Source: Porphyridium purpureum
Taxonomy: Eukaryota
Length of the DNA stretch: 64,000 bases
Reading direction: 5' to 3'
Assembly: GCA_008690995.1 (NCBI GenBank)
Contig: VRMN01000001.1
Coordinates: forward strand, 2,914,001-2,978,000
In this document: piece by piece, positions 22,317 through 32,735 of the stretch
Layout of the letters: each line of letters starts with the position of its first letter
How positions within the stretch are numbered: the stretch's first letter is position 1
Program-made: the position numbers and the translations under genes
Notes under the pieces: generated by a model
The model's input: only the letters and a program-made list of their open reading frames with translations
Databases searched by the model: none
Told to the model about the DNA's origin: nothing

Positions 22317-24353
22317 TCAGACGCGGATGCGATGAGGCTTTGTCAGCTCAAAGACGCGTCGTAGCCGCGAGCGCACCGTCATGGCGGACGGCGCATTCGT
22401 GTAGAAGCTCTTGTAAAGCCACGCCAGGGGGGGTCCGAAGAAGATCAGCACCCCCACAATCAGGAGCTCCCAGATGTACGCCTGCCACGACACCATCAGC
22501 GAGAATGCCGGCAGGCGCACGCGGATCGGTTCGGACATGTACAGCACTTTACCGCGCACGTCGTACCCAGCGTTTGTGGCGAACCAGTCGGGGTCCGTTC
22601 GGGACCGCGCCATGTGCGACTGCGACGCCAGTCGGCGGCCTCGAGCATCACCGCTGTTAGGCGCTGGCTGCTCCAGCCATGATTGGTCGACGGTTGCTAC
22701 TGCGCGAACTCGGATCATCGCACCAGTCTCACGGTATACAGCGGGGAGGTATTTGTACAATGAAATGGACTCTGAATAGGCCCACCGCAGGTTCGCGCTC
22801 CTGGAAGAGAAAAACACGCCTTCCGTCTTGGCAAAGCGCTCGCCGTACCCATCCACGCCATGGTTCTGTGCCCACATGCTGCCACCACTTTGCACCTTTG
22901 TGGTGAACGAAAAGTTGGACCGCACAACATCTATTACCAAGTAAGTCTGATCTACGTACAACGCACCGCCCACACTCCATTTCACGCTGAGGATCCCACC
23001 GCGCGTCAGTGCACTCACCACGTCAACGTTGCTGCCACCGCTGCGGCGATGGGAAGACGCCTCTTCATTTGCAATGAAAAAGACGTATGGCTCCATCAGA
23101 TCCGCGGCCATGAGCGCCAGACGGATGTTTCTGGTCACGTGACCATTGCCCTGTTTGGAGCGCGCAGCGTACAAGCCTGCCGAGCTGCCCAAGTCCTTTT
23201 CCTTTGGCCGCACTTGGTGCCCGGTCTCGATTACAAACGTGAGGCAGCGGTTTGTGGCATTTCCTACCTGCGTAGTTTCGCGCGAGTATCCGTGCAGCTG
23301 GTCCGGTTCACAAGTCAGCACCTGGTCTGGCATAAATGATGCGCTATATGCCCAATCTACCATGCCACCACGCGATGGGTGATATATTCTGGGATCGTTC
23401 AGCGCGCCGGACCGGAAGGTCGAACCCTTGAAGCTGCCCGCAAAGAGCGACATGAAAGTAGCCACCTGCGACAAGGCGTTTGCATCAGGTGCGCGGTAGC
23501 CGTCCACGCACGTCATTTGGTCTTCGTCATCGCTGTCGTCCTCAGAGCTCTGTGCGTCTGCCTGTGTCACTGCGGACCGAGATTGAGACGCCAAATCGGC
23601 AGTCTGGTTCCTGACACGAGGAACGCAGAAAGACTCACTGCTCCAGCTATAGCCGATGAATTCCTTTTTCCCGTGGAAGACCAAAGCAACCCTGAAAATG
23701 TGCGACATGAAGAGCTCATGAACAACGCGGCTCGTGAGCGCCCGCAGACAGCCGCTACCTTCGGTCCCATTTCTTCCCCCTGGGCCGACCGGATTCGGAT
23801 CCGAATCAGGACCGTAAGGAAAGTCTGCATTCGGATCAATGAGTTGTCCATCCACCTCCTCGTAGCGCATCATGCGATCAAAACCGTATGGATTGGGCAT
23901 GGGAACCACGACGATTTCGCGACTCGAGATAAGGCGTCCGAGCCATGGGTCCTCGCGATATCGCTCAAGCATGACCTTTACGAGGTAGAAAGCAATCATA
24001 GCACCCAATTGCTCGTCACCATGCATGCTCCCCAGCACCAGCATCTGCGGGCGCGATCGCTCAACCGGCTTCAGCCCGATTCGAGCCACTAGAACCTGGC
24101 ACGGTTTATCCGGTCTTGCTGCGTCACGACCGGACCGGCACAGTCCACCCTCCGGCAGGCTGTACGTCTCCACCGCGTCCTCGAGACGCATGACGTCCGG
24201 GTACTCGCTTGCCAGGCGGTGAAGCTCTGCAACCATCTCCGCGTAACTCATGTACTTGAATCGATACTTTGGCGTGGCCGCCGCTGCGTAAATGAAGGTC
24301 ATCAGCAGGACCCCTACCGCAAGACCGGCGCGCGGCACTCGGCCCTGCTGCAT
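22317..24353 (-). CDS. M14 zinc carboxypeptidase-like type I membrane protein
   Basis: Signal peptide, YMSYAEM, HGDE (HxxE zinc ligands), NPYG, FHG (third zinc ligand), GGMVDWAY, IETG (catalytic Glu) and a C-terminal TM helix. Confidence 0.9.
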   Translation of the reverse strand: MQQGRVPRAGLAVGVLLMTFIYAAAATPKYRFKYMSYAEMVAELHRLASEYPDVMRLEDAVETYSLPEGGLCRSGRDAARPDKPCQVLVARIGLKPVERSRPQMLVLGSMHGDEQLGAMIAFYLVKVMLERYREDPWLGRLISSREIVVVPMPNPYGFDRMMRYEEVDGQLIDPNADFPYGPDSDPNPVGPGGRNGTEGSGCLRALTSRVVHELFMSHIFRVALVFHGKKEFIGYSWSSESFCVPRVRNQTADLASQSRSAVTQADAQSSEDDSDDEDQMTCVDGYRAPDANALSQVATFMSLFAGSFKGSTFRSGALNDPRIYHPSRGGMVDWAYSASFMPDQVLTCEPDQLHGYSRETTQVGNATNRCLTFVIETGHQVRPKEKDLGSSAGLYAARSKQGNGHVTRNIRLALMAADLMEPYVFFIANEEASSHRRSGGSNVDVVSALTRGGILSVKWSVGGALYVDQTYLVIDVVRSNFSFTTKVQSGGSMWAQNHGVDGYGERFAKTEGVFFSSRSANLRWAYSESISLYKYLPAVYRETGAMIRVRAVATVDQSWLEQPAPNSGDARGRRLASQSHMARSRTDPDWFATNAGYDVRGKVLYMSEPIRVRLPAFSLMVSWQAYIWELLIVGVLIFFGPPLAWLYKSFYTNAPSAMTVRSRLRRVFELTKPHRIRV

Positions 24354-24548
24354 CGTACACAGACCGCCGCCAATTGCTGCACAAGAAGGACCTGTGCCTG
24401 CGCGCGCATGACGCGCAGCACCGTGCTGCAACGAACATCAGGAGAAAAAATGAAGTGAGGGTTCGACAGAGGTACAGTGCAGGAGTCCTGTATCGAGCGC
24501 GTCGGGCCTTGTCAAAAAGAAACCTTTGCTGGTAGTAAAACTACAGAC

Positions 24549-26275
24549 TCACTCGGCGAAGTCCTCACGCCTGACACGAAGCAGCTCGTTCAACGTGCGC
24601 TCAGAGCACATGGCTTCGACTTGCGCCCGCGCTACAAAGGCCACGAAAACTGCGAAGCCGAGCAGAACCGCGGCAGAGGCGCCGGCGACGACACGACGAC
24701 ACAAATTCACAGTATCGCTGCTGGACACCAGAAGCTCGGAAGCGATGAACGTCGGACTCCAGCACAGGCCCAGAAGAAACGCAATGTGAAAAGCCAGTCC
24801 AAGGAAAGACACAAATAGGGTACTCAGAAGGAAAAGGAGCGCCAGCAGCCAGAGGCGCAGATAAATGATATTCCGTCGTCCAGTGCAATTTGAGATCCAA
24901 GGACCTGTGCATCAAGAAAGGCAAACATACAACAAAAGGTCAGCCACGGCCGTCTGTACACAAAAATGGCATCAGCTCAGACCTCACATGTCTACAAAAT
25001 CTGAAACACCAAGAATACAATCGCGGAGAACTTACAATGATGATCAAATGTGTCCACGCAGCGTCTACAAATGGCGCAGTGCTTACTCCTTGGAGTTTTC
25101 GTCATGAAACAGGAGAAGCAGTAAAACTGCTCCCGCAATGCCGTTTCGTTCGTGTCTTGTGAGTCGGATATGATTCCGTCGACTGAGGTCCAATGGCCGG
25201 CTATTTCGTCGTAATCAATTCCATGCTGATGTAGCCAAGTGATAATGTCAGACTCAAAACAATCAACGGTCCTCTGTGAGAAGTATCCGGGATCCGCTCG
25301 GACACAAATAAAAAATAAAAGCATGCAGCTCGTACTCCAAAACATAGTGCTCGTGCGGACCCACAATAGTGCCCCGCTTCCTTTTGCAAAAAGTCCGCAC
25401 ATCCAAGCAGCGGCTATGATCAGCAAATGAATGCTTGGATAAACCCATGCCAGTGCGATTCGTTCCAGCGTATCACGCTTGTTCCTCGCAAGTCGTAACG
25501 GTGGAGCGTATAAAAGAGACTGCGAAACATGCGCGGTGAAAGCGCGTTGCGCTGCTCCTCGCGGCCACTTGGAGGTTCCGCGAGTGCTTCGCGTCGATAC
25601 ATCAAATCCTGCCTCCATGTTGACGCCCAACTCGCACAGTAAATGAACGACGACTGGCTGGTTGTTCTGGAGCGCTCTTCCGAGCGGTGAAAAAAGCTTC
25701 GCATCGTTGAGATTACCGTTCATGCCAAGGACTCGAATGCAATAAGCCACTACGCCCGCGTGACCTGAGTAGGCCGCCCAATGCAGCGGCGAGCGACCTT
25801 GAAAATCCAGCAGATCTGCCGTCCCGGGAGAAATTGACGCAAGAAGGTGCATCATGGGCAAATTTCCCACTTGAGCAGCGTGCGTGATTGGGGTACACCC
25901 ATGCGCGTCCTGTCTCGCCGGACTCGCGCCGAATCGCAGCAGGATTACGGCGCATTTCATAGCATACGGTGAAAATGCGGTAGTGGCAGCCCACATGAGC
26001 GCGTTCTGGCCTGCATGTCCGCATGTGCATGAGGCAGGTCGATCGACGAGATCCGCAGCGCCGTCGCCTTCAGCCAGCGAGAGTAGATACTCGGTCAGTC
26101 CTGATAATCCGGACACCGCGCACCACATCAAAAGGGGATGTCCGAGCGCGTCGTCACAACGCAACAAGCTTGCAGGATCTGTATCGTGCAAAGCAAGCGC
26201 AAGTTCCAACGCCAATGCCTCGCGTCGCGACTTTACAGCTGCGACGATGCGTGCGACTTGGTCCTCCACATCCAT
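24549..26275 (-). CDS. Ankyrin-repeat DHHC palmitoyltransferase; 2 exons (25036..26275 and 24549..24904)
   Basis: Ankyrin repeats (GQNALMWAA, GCTPITHAA, GRSPLHWAA). CFSC..KTPRSKHCAICRRCVDTFDHH splices to CPWISNCTGRRN. Exon 2 has TM helices and a TLNE (TTxE-like) motif. Confidence 0.92.
24905..25035 (-). other. Spliceosomal intron (131 nt) splitting the Cys codon of the DHHC motif
   Basis: Minus strand: donor GTAAGT at 25035, branch-like GCTGAC, pyrimidine-rich tract and acceptor CACAG ending at 24905. Removal restores DHHCPW. Confidence 0.93.
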
Positions 26276-27430
26276 CAGATATCTGGCGGTCGAGGAAGGC
26301 CGTCGGCCCGCTCAGGCTTTCTGTCTGCCTTGCACGGTGCAGAAAACGACGGGGTCGGCCAGACGCTGCACGCGATGTGACATTGGCTGCTCGCGCCGCC
26401 GTTCCTCGCTGGACGCGGCTAACGGGGAAGGTTGTTGGGTTGTTAAGTCAGATGGTCGGCATATCATTCCCTCGTTTTTCTTTTTTGTCTTTTGGAGCAC
26501 TTCGTGTCAAATTAAGCTTGTTTACCATGAACCACCATGATTAACCGGTACACGGGCGGCTAAATCAGGTAGGATCAAAGTTTAGTCGATGAAGGTGCGT
26601 AGTGCGATGTTCTTGGGCACGTGCATCGCGCGGACCACTAGAACAATGTAGAAACGGTTGCTGCGCTCTTTCCGCCTTACACGTCGTTTGAAAGACGGTT
26701 CACCACGGCGCTTAATATTCGCGCTCCCAGCCAGGTTTGGCGTCGTTCTGGACCTGGCGCCTGCGCTCTGCGTGCGTGCAGACGTCGCCGTGTGGAACTT
26801 GGAGTGTAATTCGACACCGCCGATGAGTCGATGCGCATAATTATTTTTTTTCTTTCTTTTCCGCGGAGGAGAGCTACCCTGGATGCTGCTGGGGCACGTG
26901 CGAAAACCCGGAAGCTCCTCCACACGCTTACAGAAATGGTAAAAGTACAGCCATCACATTTGATGTGGCGTTGGATGCGCGCCGCTACACGGTTTTTGTG
27001 AACAGCTTGGTGATCTCATAGCCCACATCAAACAGTTCAAGTCTCTCATCACATTTGTGTAATTTAAACCGCGAGACGGTCTGGCAAAACAGTGCAAAAT
27101 TATCATAGATGGGACAAAGCCGGCTGAACCCACAGCACCATTCCTTGGAGAAAATCGTCCGTGCTACATTCTTTTCGCATCTCGAATTCATAGGGTAGGA
27201 AATGACGTGGTGGGGCTCGGACAAACAGGCACGGCTGCGTGTTGACCCACTTCGGCATCGCGCTTCGATCGGCATTGCCGGTGTTAGAATTTCGGAGAAA
27301 ATACGCACTCAGTAGAGCCGCTTCGCACGGCTATTTAAGAATTGAGCCGCTATCCCGAGATGCGGGACATGCGGCTCAACGAGAAAGGCAGCGAAGTAAG
27401 ACAGGAAAGCAATCAAGCCGTGCAACAAAG

Positions 27431-28054
27431 ATGTCGCTGCCAGTCATGAATGCATCGTCGGAGCCAGTGGCTAAGAAGCAGAAGACTGGAAGGAAGTCGG
27501 ATTGGGAATGGCTGATCACAGCTCCCGACGCGCAGCTGGCTGACGCACTCAAGAAGCAGAAGTACGCGATATTGAGACGGCAGAAGAAGGATAGGGACGC
27601 AAAGCGTGCGAAGCGCAGGAAGGTTGCGCAATGCGCGACGCTTGAGCGAGATATCGTGGATGGCAAAGCAGCCCCGGGCGCGCCGCTGGGCGACGGTATT
27701 CTCGGTGAGGTCTCAGATGACCAGATCGAGGTAAACCTCGCTCGCAAGGCCGAAGCACTTCTGGTCAAGCTGCACACAAGTCGCACTGAGTATCAACGCT
27801 CACTTGCCACGGAAGAATTTCTGCAGTCCTTGAATACAATTTTGCAGATGTATGGTTCGGAGGTATACGTGCAGGCCATGTTGTCTGTGACTGGTGCGTT
27901 GAAAAGCCCAGATGTCGACGGTACACACGTAGACGCCGACGCAGGTAAGCTGGCACCGGATTCCAGCGAGTTTGACGAGAATATGTTTTTCCATCGTGAC
28001 GAGGATGTCTGGCTTTCGCCTTTGCCGGGGGATGTCCAAGAGAGCTGGGAGTAA
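27431..28054 (+). CDS. Hypothetical protein (207 aa) with basic NLS-like N-terminal half and acidic C-terminus
   Basis: Coding-like composition; PVAKKQK and KRAKRRK basic clusters; no family recognised. Confidence 0.65.
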   Translation: MSLPVMNASSEPVAKKQKTGRKSDWEWLITAPDAQLADALKKQKYAILRRQKKDRDAKRAKRRKVAQCATLERDIVDGKAAPGAPLGDGILGEVSDDQIEVNLARKAEALLVKLHTSRTEYQRSLATEEFLQSLNTILQMYGSEVYVQAMLSVTGALKSPDVDGTHVDADAGKLAPDSSEFDENMFFHRDEDVWLSPLPGDVQESWE

Positions 28055-28185
28055 GCGTCCCGCCTTCACTCGTGACTTGCATTTTTATGGATATAACTGA
28101 CCCGGCTGGGTGCCACTTGCAACGGGCACGACGCGTCGGCGGTATTTTGTGTACAGAACAATTGATTATTTTAGCTTGAAAATTG

Positions 28186-28192
28186 TAAAAAG

Positions 28193-28223
<31 letters not shown>

Positions 28224-28301
28224 AGGGAAAAGACGAAAGAAAAAACAAAACAAAAGAACAAAACAAAACAAAAGAACAAAACAAAAGAAAAAACAAAATA
28301 A
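28186..28301. repeat. A/purine-rich low-complexity tract with (GA)n and AAAAC-type repeats
   Basis: About 115 nt almost devoid of T, with (ga)n at about 28200-28222 and repeated aaaacaaaacaaaagaac units. Confidence 0.9.
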
Positions 28302-28979
28302 ACACAGACCGTGCAGAGTCTTCACTCAAGTGACTTACGTAGGTTAGCACGCTTCCTAAAATAAAATCAATATCCAAGTCGTTCCGGAAGCCAGACGGCT
28401 CTTTGTCTTTTGTGCTGTCCGCAGAAGCTGTAATCTGTGAATGTAACTTTGAAGTCGCCTCCGCAGGCATAACCTTTCCTCAGCAATTCTAGGAGCCCCG
28501 TACGTTTGATGCAGTATCCTGGACATATGGCGGAGAAGAGTCTTCTTTGGCTAGGACCACCTTGCGAGTCACAATTCAGAAGCCACGCTTGTCGTGACCA
28601 TGCGCGTCTCTCATCCAGTTCATAGGTACGGCGTAAATCGAGATGCCGCTTGGTCAGTGGATTGCGATATGAATGTAAGAGAGAACACTTGTAGATGACT
28701 CCAGATCTCAGAGACTTGATGTCACGAGCAGGTTTCCACTTTAACGTTCTGCACAAATACAAGGCCCACCCTTCGAAAGCCAGCCTGGCGACAAAGTAGC
28801 CAGACCAAGCGACGGTGCGACTTACCGCTACTGAAAAGACGGAACAGACCCAGGTCTCAACACGAGACGGTCGCAGATAGAGCCTCAGATGCATTTCCAG
28901 TGCATGTGGAGTTGGCTGGATCGGCCCCGCGCACGATTCTGCTCCTCATCGACCAAACCAGCTCACAAAGCAGCCGATA

Positions 28980-29066
28980 CTGTACTTCTTATCACGCTCG
29001 ATCAAACGAAGTACAGCGTGCCCTTTTCCACACGAATCCAAACGGAAGTGTACAGTGACACTGTAC
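28980..29066. promoter_or_regulatory. Cluster of 4 CTGTAC/GTACAG hexamers upstream of the glycosyltransferase gene
   Basis: CTGTAC 28980, GTACAG 29011, GTACAG 29050 and CTGTAC 29061. Confidence 0.55.
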
Positions 29067-29250
29067 CGCCGTGATGGATTGAAGACTGGTGGAGAGAACG
29101 GCTTGTCGCGCGTGACAGGCGAACGAAAGAGTCCCGCTGCGTGTGTTTGCGAGAATCCAGACGCCGCAGCGATCTGGGCTAGAGCAGTGGAGCGGCAGAG
29201 CAGCGGAGGGATGTGATTAGCATGTGGTTGGCAGAGCACGCAAGTTCGAA

Positions 29251-30489
29251 ATGTTCAGTGGGTCGCGAGGCGGCGTGCTTGCGCGGCCGGGCAGCCGCCT
29301 CGTGAATACGGTCATATTCGTGTCTTTCGTGGTGGTCGGATTGGCACTGCTCGTGACCAAGATTACTTTTAAGTCTCACCACGGTGTGCAGGTGATGCCG
29401 CCGTTCGGTGTACGGTGCTCCTTCTCAACCGACACCCAGTTGCGGAGCCCGCATGGCACGCGCAGCTTTCTCCAACTCATGGAGGAGCGTGGCTCGTCCA
29501 ACGCGTATGATCAGGGCGGGTCCGCTTTGCACGCAAATACATCCTCTACGCAAGTGAAGCTCGAAATCATCGTACTCACCATGAGCCGGGCAGCTGCCTT
29601 GCAAAGACTTCTCGAATCTCTGGTGCGTGCTGATTATTTGGGCGACTCGGCTGATTTGCGCGTGCTCGTGGATCGCGCACCCGACACAGGCGGGGTAGAT
29701 GAAGAAACAGTTGAGAGTGTGACTGACTTTCACTGGCCTCATGGACAGAAGCGGATGGTAGTGCAGGGCGTAAATCAGGGCCTCGAGCGCCAGTGGATCC
29801 ACGCGTGGCCGAATCCGTTGGGTTCAGGATCGGCCTCAGGGTCATCGCCAAAATATGTCATTATTCTGGAAGATGATCTTGAGGTGTCACCGCTTTTTTG
29901 GGAGTTTGTCAAAGGTGCTGACCTCGCGTACGGCTCTGATCCGCGAGTCGCAGGATACACGTTGCAGCGCGCCACGTTGAGAGCAAACCAAACTCTGACC
30001 AAGTGCCCGATTTTGGTGGACTCGAAGCAGAACCCTGCGTTTATGTATCGCCTCGTGGGCTCATGGGGCTTTGCCCCAAAAGCAGCTGTGTGGCGCGACT
30101 TCCTGGAATATTACTGGCAACATATCCAAAATGCTACTTACGACCCAAGCGTCAAGAACCTGGTCCCTTCATCCTGGTACAAGCGACAAAGAGGAAAAGG
30201 TACGATGTGGACAATGTGGTTCATTCGATTTTGTCACGAGCGTGATTTGTTCGTGGTGTACGGTAACTTTGTCGCTGATGTGCAAGGCAAAGATCGTCAT
30301 CGCAAGCGCACGCCAGTAACGCTGGCTGCAAACTGGAGAGAATCTGGAGTCCACTACAATTCGCTTTTCGCTCAGGGCCGTGATTTTGATCTATTGTCAA
30401 TGGATGCCAGGTCTCAGATCCGGTTTCCCTTGCGTCCCGTCTTTCTAGATTGGGACGGTGAGCCGATGAATGACTTGACATTGTTGTGA
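29251..30489 (+). CDS. Type II membrane GT-A fold glycosyltransferase
   Basis: N-terminal TM anchor; IIVLTMSRAAALQRLLESL, WPHG.K, NQGLERQWIHAW, IILEDDLEVSPLF (DxD-like) and LVGSWG. Confidence 0.85.
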   Translation: MFSGSRGGVLARPGSRLVNTVIFVSFVVVGLALLVTKITFKSHHGVQVMPPFGVRCSFSTDTQLRSPHGTRSFLQLMEERGSSNAYDQGGSALHANTSSTQVKLEIIVLTMSRAAALQRLLESLVRADYLGDSADLRVLVDRAPDTGGVDEETVESVTDFHWPHGQKRMVVQGVNQGLERQWIHAWPNPLGSGSASGSSPKYVIILEDDLEVSPLFWEFVKGADLAYGSDPRVAGYTLQRATLRANQTLTKCPILVDSKQNPAFMYRLVGSWGFAPKAAVWRDFLEYYWQHIQNATYDPSVKNLVPSSWYKRQRGKGTMWTMWFIRFCHERDLFVVYGNFVADVQGKDRHRKRTPVTLAANWRESGVHYNSLFAQGRDFDLLSMDARSQIRFPLRPVFLDWDGEPMNDLTLL

Positions 30490-30707
30490 AAGGTTGTGGG
30501 CAAACCGTGGGCTGGCAATACTTTTAGGGATTGGACTGGGCGGCCTTCTTTTACGCACACTGCGCATGTAAGAAGGATGGTTTGAAGTCCTTTATCTCCA
30601 GTGCATGCGAACAAACAGAGAATGATTGAGTGCAAAAGACGTCAATCATCGGTTGCGGTCCGAGCGCGCGAGAATCACGAGACTCGCATTTTCTTCAAAG
30701 TCACTAA

Positions 30708-32120
30708 CTAGTAGTCTCCGTCGGTGCGCACAACATACCATAGCACACCCGCGTAGTGCGCTGTTGCACCAAACATGATGGCTACGTGCCACACTACGTG
30801 ATATATTGACACCTCGCGTCCCTTGATGTAAAATGGAACCCCAATCGTGTAAAATAAACCTCCGGTGACGATCAGAAGCAAGCACTTTGTCGGCATGCGT
30901 TCCCAAAGCACTTTCATCGAAAGAAGCACAAGCCAGCCCATGGCCAGACCTAGCGATGCTCGAAACGTTCGCGACGGCGTGCGGCGAAGCACACCCGACG
31001 ACATAGTGATGCCAGCAAGGGCAAAGCCCCAAACCGTATAAAAAAGTAAGGGCCCAAGAATCGTGCGCTCGTGTTCGTCCGACCAGATGTACTTGAGCAG
31101 AAACGGTGTGTAAGTCGCGGCAATGAGCGAAAAGATGGCGCAGTGGTCCATCACACGCAATACCTTTTTCACGTTGCCCATGCGAAAAAACGAGTGGTAC
31201 ATGCAAGATGAGCAATACATTGTGCAAAGCGCGATGACAAATACGATCACCGATCCGAGTAGCCAGGGCCCAATTGCGTTGCGACGTGCCTCCATGACCA
31301 TATCGCTTCCCGCAATGATTGCGCCCAGTAGCCCGACTCCGTGCGTTACGCCATTCAAAATCTCCGACAGCACGTGATTCCCATCCGCACAGCAGTGAAT
31401 CTCCAGCTTTTCGCATTCGGGGCCAAGGATGTCGACCCCCTTTTGCTCGAGGTAATTATTGTCGAGCTTCAGGTATCTGAGCTGACCGGTCTCACCGTCG
31501 GCGAGAGCTGAGGCGAGAAATGCGGCGCTTTGAGGACCGATGCGATTCCATGATACATCTATGTGCTCCAAGCGACGATTCTGCTTGATTCCATCTATCA
31601 GATAGAACATGCCCTCGTCGCGTATGAGGTTTCTAGGCATGCGGATAGAACGCAGGCGGCAATTCGGATGCCGAAGCAGCTCTCTCAGTAGCAGCCCGCT
31701 TGCACTCGAAAGGCGGAGGCCCGATAGATCAAGCTCATCCACAAAATTGCTGTGCTCTCCCGATAAGAGTTCCAGAACTGGAATCAAGTCGATGTCGGTC
31801 GCGGGGCGCCGCAGACGCAGCGTGGTCGAGCGCGTGTACAGCGTGATTGCGGCGGTGGGATTGGGTTGCACATGATGCTTGACGCACAGCTTCTGGTACT
31901 CTTCGTATGCCTTCTTGCCGCCCTCCTCCTGGCCCGTGCCGGACTCCATCCTCGCCTGCGTCAGGAGCAAACTGGGCAGCCCGCCGCGCATGTAGCGCGC
32001 GACGCGGTCGTCCTCCTCCTCGTCGACGGCGTCGCCGTTCTCGCCTTCGAAGATGCGCAGCCGCTCCACCCATGCGGCGCGCCGATGCACCACCTCCTTA
32101 CTGCCTGCCTTTGTCGCCAT
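30708..32120 (-). CDS. Leucine-rich repeat (RNI-like) fused to a hemolysin-III/PAQR 7-TM domain
   Basis: LRRs: LDLSGLRL, IRMPRNLI, IDVSWNRIG and LKLDNNYL. HlyIII motifs: EILNGVTHG, SCMYH, DHCAIFSLIAATYTPF and HVVWH. Confidence 0.9.
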   Translation of the reverse strand: MATKAGSKEVVHRRAAWVERLRIFEGENGDAVDEEEDDRVARYMRGGLPSLLLTQARMESGTGQEEGGKKAYEEYQKLCVKHHVQPNPTAAITLYTRSTTLRLRRPATDIDLIPVLELLSGEHSNFVDELDLSGLRLSSASGLLLRELLRHPNCRLRSIRMPRNLIRDEGMFYLIDGIKQNRRLEHIDVSWNRIGPQSAAFLASALADGETGQLRYLKLDNNYLEQKGVDILGPECEKLEIHCCADGNHVLSEILNGVTHGVGLLGAIIAGSDMVMEARRNAIGPWLLGSVIVFVIALCTMYCSSCMYHSFFRMGNVKKVLRVMDHCAIFSLIAATYTPFLLKYIWSDEHERTILGPLLFYTVWGFALAGITMSSGVLRRTPSRTFRASLGLAMGWLVLLSMKVLWERMPTKCLLLIVTGGLFYTIGVPFYIKGREVSIYHVVWHVAIMFGATAHYAGVLWYVVRTDGDY

Positions 32121-32253
32121 GATCGCAACACACACCCACCCACCCACACACAGAGCGACGCATCAACCACCACTCAATCCTGCTGCGGCTACCTCTCGCT
32201 CGCCCTGGCGCTCCAAGTCATGCGCCGAACATTCGGCGCGCGCTCGTCCGTAG

Positions 32254-32349
32254 CTGTACCTCTGGCAACACCGGCGGTACAGCGACACGCAGCATCGTCC
32301 ACATGCTTACACTGTGCTAAACCTATCAAGACTGTACATGAGGGTACAG
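32254..32349. promoter_or_regulatory. Cluster of 4 CTGTAC/GTACAG hexamers between divergent LRR-HlyIII and ABCD genes
   Basis: CTGTAC 32254, GTACAG 32277, CTGTAC 32332 and GTACAG 32344. Confidence 0.55.
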
Positions 32350-32735
32350 TTGCCGGGCAAGCAATTGGCGTGTGCCATTGCCGCGAGACAACGATGAGGC
32401 GCAGCGCAGTTGCCGCAAGCTGCATGGATGACTCGCAGGCTCGCAGGCTCGCAGGCTGGATGGATGGATGGATGGCACCACGAGCACGCGTTATCTCACG
32501 TGTCCAAGGAAATCGTCTCACGGTTACATCACTTGCGCTCCCACCGTGGTCCTTGCGGTGCAGACGATTTAGTGCAACAGCCCTGGACTCGACGCTCGGC
32601 CGATCGGATTCGGAAGTATGCGCGGAAGGGCGGGGGGCGACGTGGGCAGAGTGAGTCAGGACGCGGCGCATCGTGAGCGTGGGACAGAAGTGGATCGTTT
32701 ATTGGAGCGCGAGGACGCGGTTCCCAGTCGACACG

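Noticed and set aside
32432..32475. Short tandem repeats (gctcgcag x3, tgga x4) as a possible CRISPR-like or regulatory array
   Set aside because: Simple microsatellite-type repeats without spacers.
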